44,234 nt of DNA from Kagunavirus NRG857CP3, in the sequence record OZ035734.1, one strand, 5' to 3'. Of this stretch, positions 8,243-15,655 are shown piece after piece. Within the stretch, counting starts at the first letter, position 1; every line of letters starts with the position of its first letter. The position numbers and the translations under genes are program-made. The notes under the pieces are model-generated. The model was not told where the DNA came from. It worked only from the letters and a program-made list of their open reading frames with translations, and made no database searches.

Positions 8243-8593
8243 ATGGTTGATGTAATCAAGCGTCGCACCACCGGTGTAACTGACGACGGTCCGGCCGACG
8301 GTCAACTGGAAATCGACATGGTGAACATTTCACCTGCGTCTTTTTCTACCGCTTTGGCTGCCACTACGGCAGTAACCGCCGGGCAGACTATGACCCTGAC
8401 CGTAGTCGTTACTGGTGGTCTGGCACCGTACTCCTACCAGTGGTACAAAGATAACAACGCTATCGCTGGCGCAAACGCTGCTTCTTATGCGAAGGCGTCC
8501 ACTACTACCGCAGATTCAGGCACGTATAAAGTGGTTGTTCACGATGTGTATGGTAATATTATCTCCAGCAGCACTGTAGCAACTGTGTCTTAA
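8243..8593 (+). CDS. Ig-like domain protein (possible capsid or tail decoration)
   Basis: Motif YSYQWYKDNNAIAG, same Ig-like signature as 4467..4928. Confidence 0.45.
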   Translation: MVDVIKRRTTGVTDDGPADGQLEIDMVNISPASFSTALAATTAVTAGQTMTLTVVVTGGLAPYSYQWYKDNNAIAGANAASYAKASTTTADSGTYKVVVHDVYGNIISSSTVATVS

Positions 8594-8629
8594 TACAACG
8601 GCCCTTCGGGGCCGTAATAAGGAAAGGTC

Positions 8630-8809
8630 ATGGCAGATAATTATGTAATCCGCGAAAAGTACACCCACGTTGATATGGTTGATGGTCAGGTGATGCCAGT
8701 GCGCGGTGTTGTAGATGCGGATGAGCTTGTAGCAACGCAACCGGATAACGAAGAAGCGCTCAACAACGGCGGTGGTACTAAACGTCGTCGCCGTAAGTCA
8801 GAGGAATAA
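8630..8809 (+). CDS. small hypothetical protein (59 aa, basic C-terminus KRRRRK)
   Basis: ATG preceded by AAGGAAAGG; below ORF-track size cutoff; found by reading. Confidence 0.3.
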   Translation: MADNYVIREKYTHVDMVDGQVMPVRGVVDADELVATQPDNEEALNNGGGTKRRRRKSEE

Positions 8810-8812
8810 CTT

Positions 8813-9325
8813 ATGCCGCTAATCGTGGAAACGGGAGAAATCGTCCCTAATGCTGACAGTTACGTTAGCCTGGCTGACGCCCGCGCGTTAGCGGCTAATT
8901 ATGGTCTGGAGCTGCCGGAAGACGATACCGCCGCCGAAGTAGCCTTGCGCAACGGTGCTACTTATGTCGGGCTTGCAGAGCCGCAGATGTGCGGTCGCCG
9001 CGTATCTGCTGAACAGTCTCTTGCATACCCCCGCACAGGCGTAACGTTAAACGGATTCCCCGTAGCTAACAACGTCATCCCGAAGCAGGTGATTCTTGCG
9101 CAGGTAATCGCCGCTGCTACATATGGCGCAGGTACTGAGGTGCGGGCTAACTCAGATGGTCGCTCTGTGCAGACCGAGCGTGTTGAGGGTGCAGTAACCG
9201 TGACGTACTTCAACAACGGCAGCAGTGGTGCTACGACCGCGATTACCGCTGCGGACGACGCCTTACGCCCGTTACTGTGCGGCGGTCTTAACAATGGCTT
9301 CTCGTTTAACGTGTACCGGGGTTAA
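8813..9325 (+). CDS. putative head-tail connector / adaptor protein
   Basis: Position between capsid and tail genes only. Confidence 0.35.
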   Translation: MPLIVETGEIVPNADSYVSLADARALAANYGLELPEDDTAAEVALRNGATYVGLAEPQMCGRRVSAEQSLAYPRTGVTLNGFPVANNVIPKQVILAQVIAAATYGAGTEVRANSDGRSVQTERVEGAVTVTYFNNGSSGATTAITAADDALRPLLCGGLNNGFSFNVYRG

Positions 9326-9327
9326 AA

Positions 9328-9942
9328 ATGGCGAAGACTAAAACAGAGATGTTTACCCTTATTGGGGCAAATCTCCCGGACAACACCACCGGAGCTATTA
9401 CACCTGCGAAGCTACGCGAGGTAATGACTCAGATGGCGGACTCACCTATTTACGCCACTCCCGGTGTTAAAGAGGTTGAAGTTCTCCGTGCCGCGTCAAC
9501 CGTGGTACAAGCGCCTACCGCAGTAGATACAGCATTGCAGTTAACTTTCGGCTCTGCTCAGGGAAGCGTATCTGACCCGGTAATGATTAATGCGGCGGGG
9601 CTGGTTACGTTCAACACTGCGGGTAACTATGCCGTTCGCATCAAGTTACAGGCCGGGCGCACTGGGGCAAGCGGCACGTCTATTTTGTTATCACGCATTC
9701 TGGTAAACGGTGCTCAGTACGGCTCACCGGCAGCTACGAAACTGGTAAGTGCCGACACCACAATCCCGATTGAGTCTCGCGTTGTTATTAACCCGACCGC
9801 GGGCCAGACGTTTGCCGTTCAGATTATGCGAGATAGCGCCGGAAGCAACTTCGGCGGCGTATACCCGCAAGCGGCTACCGTAACTGCATGGGGCACAGCA
9901 CCGTCGGCGCTACTGGTTATCTCGAGACTGGAGGCCGCGTGA
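9328..9942 (+). CDS. structural protein (head-tail joining region)
   Basis: Gene order, tight coupling. Confidence 0.35.
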   Translation: MAKTKTEMFTLIGANLPDNTTGAITPAKLREVMTQMADSPIYATPGVKEVEVLRAASTVVQAPTAVDTALQLTFGSAQGSVSDPVMINAAGLVTFNTAGNYAVRIKLQAGRTGASGTSILLSRILVNGAQYGSPAATKLVSADTTIPIESRVVINPTAGQTFAVQIMRDSAGSNFGGVYPQAATVTAWGTAPSALLVISRLEAA

Positions 9943-10301
9943 TGGGCACAGCTTTCAGCAAACGTATGCAAGGCGTGGGTACACGCCTGCTAACCAAATT
10001 CGGCAGCACGGTATCTCTGGTTCGCGCTGGCTCGAAAGTATGGGATGAGGTTCTCGGTGAGTTCGTCTGGTCTGACGATGAAGTGTTGCCGTTGAAGGCC
10101 GTCCCGGTTCCGGTAAACGCGGGACTGGTAAACGGTACGACGATTCAGGCTGGCGACATGATTGTTAAAGCGGATTGTAGTGTAGTTCCGAAGATGGAAG
10201 ACAAGGTGCAATTCGGCGGCGAGCAATGGTCTGTCATAGCTATTGAGAAGAAGATGGTTAATGATGATGTCGTGGCCTACTTTATTCAGGTGAGAAAATG
10301 A
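9942..10301 (+). CDS. structural protein (head-tail joining region)
   Basis: Start at ATG after GGAGG RBS (ORF track 9888); gene order. Confidence 0.35.
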   Translation: MGTAFSKRMQGVGTRLLTKFGSTVSLVRAGSKVWDEVLGEFVWSDDEVLPLKAVPVPVNAGLVNGTTIQAGDMIVKADCSVVPKMEDKVQFGGEQWSVIAIEKKMVNDDVVAYFIQVRK

Positions 10302-10696
10302 GTTTCGCGCTTGATGTCTCTAAGTTCGTGGAAAAGGCGAAGAAGAACCCTGAGAAGGTGATACGCCAGGTGTCTATCAAGCTGTTTTCCGCTATTATAA
10401 AGGCGACGCCAGTTGATACTGGTCGTGCTAGAAACAACTGGTTTGCGTCGGGCAGTACTCCGTCGCAGGAGACTACCACCTACGGCGCACCGCAAGGAAC
10501 CGCTACTATCCAGCGCGCTATCGCGGTTATAAATACCGCTACAGACTGGAGCGAGTTCACACTTACTAACAACCTGCCATATATACAGCGGTTGGAGTAC
10601 GGCCATTGGTCGAAACAGGCCCCACAAGGCATGGTCAGGATAAATGTGTCCCGCTTCCAGCAACTCATTAACGAAGAAGCCAACAAGGTGAAATGA
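10298..10696 (+). CDS. structural protein (possible head closure / tail completion)
   Basis: Overlapping stop/start (ATGA), gene order. Confidence 0.35.
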   Translation: MSFALDVSKFVEKAKKNPEKVIRQVSIKLFSAIIKATPVDTGRARNNWFASGSTPSQETTTYGAPQGTATIQRAIAVINTATDWSEFTLTNNLPYIQRLEYGHWSKQAPQGMVRINVSRFQQLINEEANKVK

Positions 10697-11109
10697 TGGG
10701 CTACTTTGAGGACTTAACCAAAGCGTTCGATGTGCCGCTGGTAGCCTTCGGAGCCACCAACAACATCAAGGTCGCGCTTGAAAACATTGACGCGCCGACG
10801 TCAACCGATACGCCGTATCTGGCAAGTTACATGTTACTTGCGGATACCGAGCAGGCGGATTTGTTCTTCACGGAACAACGCTCTGGTGTTTATCAGGTCG
10901 ACATTAACTACGCATCGGTGAAAGGTAGCGCGCCAATCAATAAAATGGCAGACTTACTTAACACGGCGTTTAAAGCAGGTAAGTCATTTTCACGTAACGA
11001 CATCTGCGCCGAGGTTCAATCGGTAAGCCTGGGGCCGCTGATTGTAGAAAACGGATGGGCCAAACGACCATTGTCAATTAACTTTATTGCATTCACCAAG
11101 AGGCTGTGA
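10693..11109 (+). CDS. structural protein (possible tail completion)
   Basis: Overlapping stop/start, gene order. Confidence 0.35.
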   Translation: MMGYFEDLTKAFDVPLVAFGATNNIKVALENIDAPTSTDTPYLASYMLLADTEQADLFFTEQRSGVYQVDINYASVKGSAPINKMADLLNTAFKAGKSFSRNDICAEVQSVSLGPLIVENGWAKRPLSINFIAFTKRL

Positions 11110-12278
11110 ATATGGCTACAACTCCTTTTAAGGGCGCGAATACCGCGCAATTCTATGTTGCGGAAACTACCCCGGGCGTAACCCCAGACAACCCTGTCTG
11201 GTCGCCGTTGCGTAACACGGGTGGCGTCCCTGCTATTACCCGCGACACGCTGACATCCAACGAGCTGGACGGCAGCCGTGAAACTACGTCCATCCGCACC
11301 GGTAACAAACAGGTTAGCGGGGAATATGCTATTGAGCTTAGCTCGAAAAGCCAGGATGACTGGTTGGCAGGTGCCTTAGGCTCTACATGGCAATCCGGTG
11401 TTTCTCTGTCCGGGCTGTCGATTACCGTCGCGCCTGCAGGTAAGACGTTCACCCGTGCTGATGGCAGCTTTATTACCGACGGCGTTGAAGTTGGCGACCT
11501 GATTGCGTTTACCGACTTAACCGGCGATAACGCAAAACCGTTTATCGTAACCGGGGTAAGTGCGACTGTTGTCACCGGTGCAGGTATTCAGCACACTCTC
11601 ACCACTGAGACGGTAACTACCGCAGCTAAGACCGGCGACAAACTGGAAACTGGTAGCCAGTGTAAAACGTTCTCTATTCTCACCTGGTACAAAGGCCAGT
11701 GCGGCGGGACTGACGCGTACGCACTAACCAAAGGCGTGGAAGTTTCTGGTTTTACCGTCGAGCAGGCCGTTAACGCGATGGTAACGGGCAGCTTCCCGTT
11801 CATCGGGCGCAGCCAGGAGATTCTCACCGAGCCGCCGTCTGGTTCTGATTTCTCCTCTGTTACGTTTGGTGACGAGCCATTCTCTTCGGTTGACGTTTCT
11901 GTGTTCGACGGTTCCACGCCGTTGCGTTGCGATAGCCTGACTATCACCAACGATAACAGCGCGTCTGCGCAGTTCGAACTCGGCAACACTAACGTGGCAT
12001 TTGTGGAGCGTAGCCGCGCGGCTAATACCTTCTCCATCTCCGGTAAGCTGTACGACATGGCTATGATTCAGAAGTTTATCAACGAGCAGCAGGTAGAGAT
12101 TAACTCTATTCTGGCGGGGGTAAACGGGGCTATGTCTTTCAGCCTGAAACGCGCGGAACTAACGGCGGTTACACCAGAGATTGGAGGACCTGAGTCAATC
12201 ACTCAGTCTATTGAGGGTCAGGCTACAGGCAACCAGTACCAGTCGTCTATCGTAATTCAACGTATCACCTACGCATAA
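11106..12278 (+). CDS. major tail protein (putative)
   Basis: 390 aa T/S/G-rich protein located upstream of chaperone pair and tape measure. Confidence 0.5.
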   Translation: MNMATTPFKGANTAQFYVAETTPGVTPDNPVWSPLRNTGGVPAITRDTLTSNELDGSRETTSIRTGNKQVSGEYAIELSSKSQDDWLAGALGSTWQSGVSLSGLSITVAPAGKTFTRADGSFITDGVEVGDLIAFTDLTGDNAKPFIVTGVSATVVTGAGIQHTLTTETVTTAAKTGDKLETGSQCKTFSILTWYKGQCGGTDAYALTKGVEVSGFTVEQAVNAMVTGSFPFIGRSQEILTEPPSGSDFSSVTFGDEPFSSVDVSVFDGSTPLRCDSLTITNDNSASAQFELGNTNVAFVERSRAANTFSISGKLYDMAMIQKFINEQQVEINSILAGVNGAMSFSLKRAELTAVTPEIGGPESITQSIEGQATGNQYQSSIVIQRITYA

Positions 12279-12308
12279 AACTAAGGCCCCAAACGGGGCC
12301 TTTTTCTT
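12279..12308. terminator. bidirectional intrinsic terminator (AACTAAGGCCCC-AAAC-GGGGCC-TTTTTCTT)
   Basis: Same palindromic family; between major tail gene (+) and island (-). Confidence 0.7.
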
Positions 12309-12861
12309 ACAAACCTAATTTTAAAGCAATGTCTACAACGTTCGATTTAACATCACCTGGTATGATGTATGTGTCGTAATCTTTTACACCGATAACATCA
12401 TACAGATACTCCCTGCTATCGCCGATGAACGTATAACCGTCCCGGTGCAAGCGAACAATTCGCACGTCATGCCCCGCGGCGACGATAGGGGCTACTTCGC
12501 TGGCGAACCCGCCATCGGACACTACAAAAACTTCGTCGCCGTCTGGCAAGTTTTCAGCAAGATACTTACCGAAATAATCATCGCCGAATACCGGTTTAAT
12601 GAACTGTTCAGAGATAGCAATCATGAATTGACGGCGAGACAAGCCATTAAGGAAACATTCTGGCTTTTCTTTCCGCGCTCGGTCGTCGTAGCCGTCGAGA
12701 AATTCGTGGTAAGCATCCGGGCCTAACGCGGCCAGAGCAATATTGAACATTGGATTCTTGAAACTGGTAGTTCCCTTCGCAAAGCCCATCTCTACCAGCG
12801 CCCTAGCAAGCGTGTCTTTCCCGCAACCCGCAGGGCCATTAAGAATAATTACCTTAGCCAT
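12307..12861 (-). CDS. P-loop nucleotide kinase, dNMP kinase-like
   Basis: Walker A GPAGCGKDT at N-terminus; later block FVVSDGGF...GHDVRIVRLHRDG resembles T4 gene 1 dNMP kinase pattern (recalled, not searched). Confidence 0.6.
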   Translation of the reverse strand: MAKVIILNGPAGCGKDTLARALVEMGFAKGTTSFKNPMFNIALAALGPDAYHEFLDGYDDRARKEKPECFLNGLSRRQFMIAISEQFIKPVFGDDYFGKYLAENLPDGDEVFVVSDGGFASEVAPIVAAGHDVRIVRLHRDGYTFIGDSREYLYDVIGVKDYDTYIIPGDVKSNVVDIALKLGL

Positions 12862-13346
12862 TATTTATCGCTCCCGTGTGATTTTAAGTGTGTAGAGTTC
12901 CCATTACAGTCGTATTCAGTAACCGCGTGAGTGGTTATACCGAGTCCGCGGAAATGCTTTATTACCGCCGGAGAGTCGTCGAACGCACACAAGATTCTTT
13001 CCAGCCCGATAGCGCGCAACACTTCTTCTTTAATTACAATGTCTTTTCTGTTGTCGTGTTTGCTGCGCATGATTAGCTGATAAAATTCGACGCGGTGGCG
13101 CTGCAACCACATTCTGGTTTCTTTTTCTGCGTCATCACTGCGGCCGGTTAAAATAATAACGGCATAGCGACGATTAAGGGCGTTACACAGTTCGATGTTA
13201 TCTTTAATCGGCGCATCATCTTTGCACGCCATGTTAAAGGGCTTCCATGCCCATGTTTCGTTGTAGTTATCTTTCGGCAACAGGTGTAAGCGATGCGTAC
13301 CGTCTGCTAATGTTCCATCTAAATCGAAAATAACAATATCTTTCAT
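12861..13346 (-). CDS. HAD-superfamily phosphatase, polynucleotide kinase 3'-phosphatase-like
   Basis: N-terminal DLDGTLA (DxDGT) motif, TGR, NRKDIVIKEEV and AFDDSP blocks resembling T4 Pnk phosphatase domain (recalled). Confidence 0.65.
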   Translation of the reverse strand: MKDIVIFDLDGTLADGTHRLHLLPKDNYNETWAWKPFNMACKDDAPIKDNIELCNALNRRYAVIILTGRSDDAEKETRMWLQRHRVEFYQLIMRSKHDNRKDIVIKEEVLRAIGLERILCAFDDSPAVIKHFRGLGITTHAVTEYDCNGNSTHLKSHGSDK

Positions 13347-14473
13347 CCCAGCATCTCCGGTGAAATAGTTAAACGTGCGACCTCGCCATATTCGGCGCTA
13401 TAAGTAATTACATTTGCACTACGGCCTGACATCCATCCGCCGCGAGAGGCGTAGGCGTCTTTAGCCGCTAAGGTGCGGTGCTGCTCAACAATCATGTTAC
13501 GGCTTTCCACAATCTTCTGATGGTGCAGGTGACCTACGTGAGCGTAGCTGTAAACACTCTCGCCGAACGCTTTGCGAAACTTGGCAATCATAACAGGCTC
13601 GATTGCGTCGAATCGTGCTTTATGGCCGTGGTGGAAAAACAGTGTCGTTTTGCCGTGTTGCACCATCTTATATACGTCCGGCGACGTATCGACAATCACC
13701 CGGCTGTCGTTTGCATATAAAGTTGTGAACATCTCTGCCAACCACACGGAGCCTACAGGGTCGTGGTTTCCTTGCACAACTAGCAGCTTCACGGTTTTAT
13801 GCTTAACCAGCGCCATATCTACAACACGGCGTACCATGCGAATCATGTAGCGGACAAGCTTCTGGTAGCGCGTGTCGGCGTCAAGGACGTGGCGTGACTC
13901 CGGTGTAACGGCGTCCAGACTATCGAAGTGTGCGAAGTCGCCAAGCAGGTTAATAACCCCTGTTCCCGCGTCCGGCGCTCTCTGGAATGCCGCGTCGAAC
14001 CATCGAGAGAACAGGTCTTCCGCAATTTTCATATCCCAGTCATCGCCGCTCTCGTCGGCCCACGCCAGCATACCGAGATGGAAATCAGACACGGTGTACA
14101 GGTTAAGCAGCTTATCGTCGCGTTTGGTACGGGCGGCCTTCACTGGGGCTACCGGGGTAATCTCCGACTTCATGCCTTCGATTACGGCTTTCATCAACTC
14201 AACCTGACGTTCGGCGTCTGTATCGGTCTTAACCCACTGCAACTTAGTGTTTCCGAACTCGTCCACCAGAGACGACGTACCCTTAATCTTGTATCCATCC
14301 GGCACAAGGTGGCTTACGTCGCGCCCGTGGCCTACACCCTTCTTAGCCAGCTTCGCTTTACGGATGCGGATAACGCGGTCTGAGATGCCGTATTTACGGG
14401 CGATATCGATATTCTTCATCCCGGCGTTCAATTCTTCCTGTAATTGCTCGTCGGTTATTTTCTTCTGGGCCAT
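13343..14473 (-). CDS. HTH domain fused to calcineurin-like metallophosphoesterase (Mre11/SbcD/CpdA-type motifs)
   Basis: Motifs DFH, LLGDFAHFD, QGNHD, FHHGH, HVGHLHH; N-terminal HTH-like segment NIDIARKYGISDRVIRIRKAKL; start set at ATG after GAGGAAG (ORF track 14578). Confidence 0.65.
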   Translation of the reverse strand: MAQKKITDEQLQEELNAGMKNIDIARKYGISDRVIRIRKAKLAKKGVGHGRDVSHLVPDGYKIKGTSSLVDEFGNTKLQWVKTDTDAERQVELMKAVIEGMKSEITPVAPVKAARTKRDDKLLNLYTVSDFHLGMLAWADESGDDWDMKIAEDLFSRWFDAAFQRAPDAGTGVINLLGDFAHFDSLDAVTPESRHVLDADTRYQKLVRYMIRMVRRVVDMALVKHKTVKLLVVQGNHDPVGSVWLAEMFTTLYANDSRVIVDTSPDVYKMVQHGKTTLFFHHGHKARFDAIEPVMIAKFRKAFGESVYSYAHVGHLHHQKIVESRNMIVEQHRTLAAKDAYASRGGWMSGRSANVITYSAEYGEVARLTISPEMLG

Positions 14474-14511
14474 GCTTACTTCCTCGTGTTTAGGATTTGT
14501 CTTATAGTAGC

Positions 14512-14703
14512 CTACTTCTCTTTCACGTTCGAGTTGCAAGCCCAGATTAAAATGAATACCCACGGCAACAGAACCCACCCTAGAAATAAGTTAGCCATGA
14601 ATATCGCCAGCTTTGCTTTATGGTTACGGAAGTAGGCAACTAAAAAAGGCGCAAAGTACGCGAGCAGTGCAAACAGGATTAAGGAAATCGGTAAACTGGA
14701 CAT
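14512..14703 (-). CDS. small membrane protein (two predicted TM helices)
   Basis: 63 aa hydrophobic ORF, first gene of island transcript, RBS GAAGGGG. Confidence 0.45.
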   Translation of the reverse strand: MSSLPISLILFALLAYFAPFLVAYFRNHKAKLAIFMANLFLGWVLLPWVFILIWACNSNVKEK

Positions 14704-14734
14704 TTTAAAACCCCTTCATTGTTGGTGTAAGCGA

Positions 14735-14763
14735 ATAGTACGCTATTATATTGGGGTGCGCAA
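14735..14763 (-). promoter_or_regulatory. sigma70-like promoter (TTGCGC-N17-TACTAT, minus strand) with conserved leader ACACCAACAA driving the island
   Basis: Third copy of conserved promoter-leader element. Confidence 0.55.
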
Positions 14764-14870
14764 GTAGTGTGTTAGAATAATTTTGCGCCTAGTGTCGCAC
14801 ACGAAAAGCGGGTGGTTCCCGTCTGGCGCATTTCCTTTAACCAGTAACCTCTTAACCAAAGGATTAAAGA

Positions 14871-15290
14871 ATGAAACTTTCTGATTTTTATTTTGAAGAG
14901 AAAGCGATGGTAGGCAAGAAGATGCCGATTCTCCTGCCGAACGGTGAAGACTCGGGGGAGTGGCTTAACGTAGTAAGCCCTGATGCCGATGTCGCCGTTA
15001 AAGCGGGTCGCGCTTTCATTATTGCGTACCGTCGCGGGCTTGCACGTTTTGAAGAACTCGAAAAAGCCGCCAAAGAATCCGGCGACTATACTGAATATAA
15101 CCTGGCGATTAATGAACTGGCAGAAGACCTGAACCGCCAACTCGCTGCGGAAGTCGTCAACGGCTGGAGCTTTGATGATGAACCGTTCTCCAAAGAGGCG
15201 TTTAATAAGCTTCTAGACCAGTTCAAGGGGCTTGGTACTCAGGTAGCCGCGTTTCACAATGCAGAGCGTAAAGCGTTACAGGAAAAGTAG
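14871..15290 (+). CDS. tail assembly chaperone (G-like)
   Basis: 139 aa acidic protein immediately upstream of tape measure; followed by overlapping -1 frame ORF. Confidence 0.55.
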   Translation: MKLSDFYFEEKAMVGKKMPILLPNGEDSGEWLNVVSPDADVAVKAGRAFIIAYRRGLARFEELEKAAKESGDYTEYNLAINELAEDLNRQLAAEVVNGWSFDDEPFSKEAFNKLLDQFKGLGTQVAAFHNAERKALQEK

Positions 15291-15655
15291 ACGCGCTGTA
15301 CAGGTTCGCCACCTATGAGTTCGTGGATAAGCATAAAATCAGAGAATTTGATTCTATAGCCGACGGACACGAACAGGCGCTTATCGCGATGGGTGTAATC
15401 GATAAGAAAAAACGTGCAGCGCGACGGGGTGGGCCAGAATGTCCGCCCCTTTTCATATCCACCTTTGAAACGTATTGCGACATTAAGTTTACGCGACACG
15501 TGCGTGATGACGCGGTAGTATTGTTTGCAAGAGAATCCGTAACGTGGCAAGACCTGAAAGCCTATCTCGACGTCACACAGAAACAGCTTAGCCTGTTTGA
15601 GATAGACATTATCATGGGCCTAGAAGCAATCTTTGAAGGTAGAAATCATGGCTGA
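15272..15655 (+). CDS. tail assembly chaperone frameshift extension (GT-like, putative -1 programmed frameshift)
   Basis: Frame -1 relative to 14871 ORF is open from 15272; ORF-track start 15323 is GTG with no RBS; candidate slip site GGAAAAG at about 15281..15287. Confidence 0.4.
   Translation, partial: SVTGKVDALYRFATYEFVDKHKIREFDSIADGHEQALIAMGVIDKKKRAARRGGPECPPLFISTFETYCDIKFTRHVRDDAVVLFARESVTWQDLKAYLDVTQKQLSLFEIDIIMGLEAIFEGRNHG

Noticed and set aside
8598-8615. Hairpin CGGCCC-TTCG-GGGCCG after the Ig-like gene as a terminator
   Set aside because: Stable stem but no downstream U tract; more likely a structural or RNase-protective hairpin than a terminator, so it is not listed as a feature.
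13478-14507. Several plus-strand ORFs (80-151 aa) across the island
   Set aside because: All are antisense to the motif-bearing minus-strand metallophosphoesterase gene and lack start-site context.
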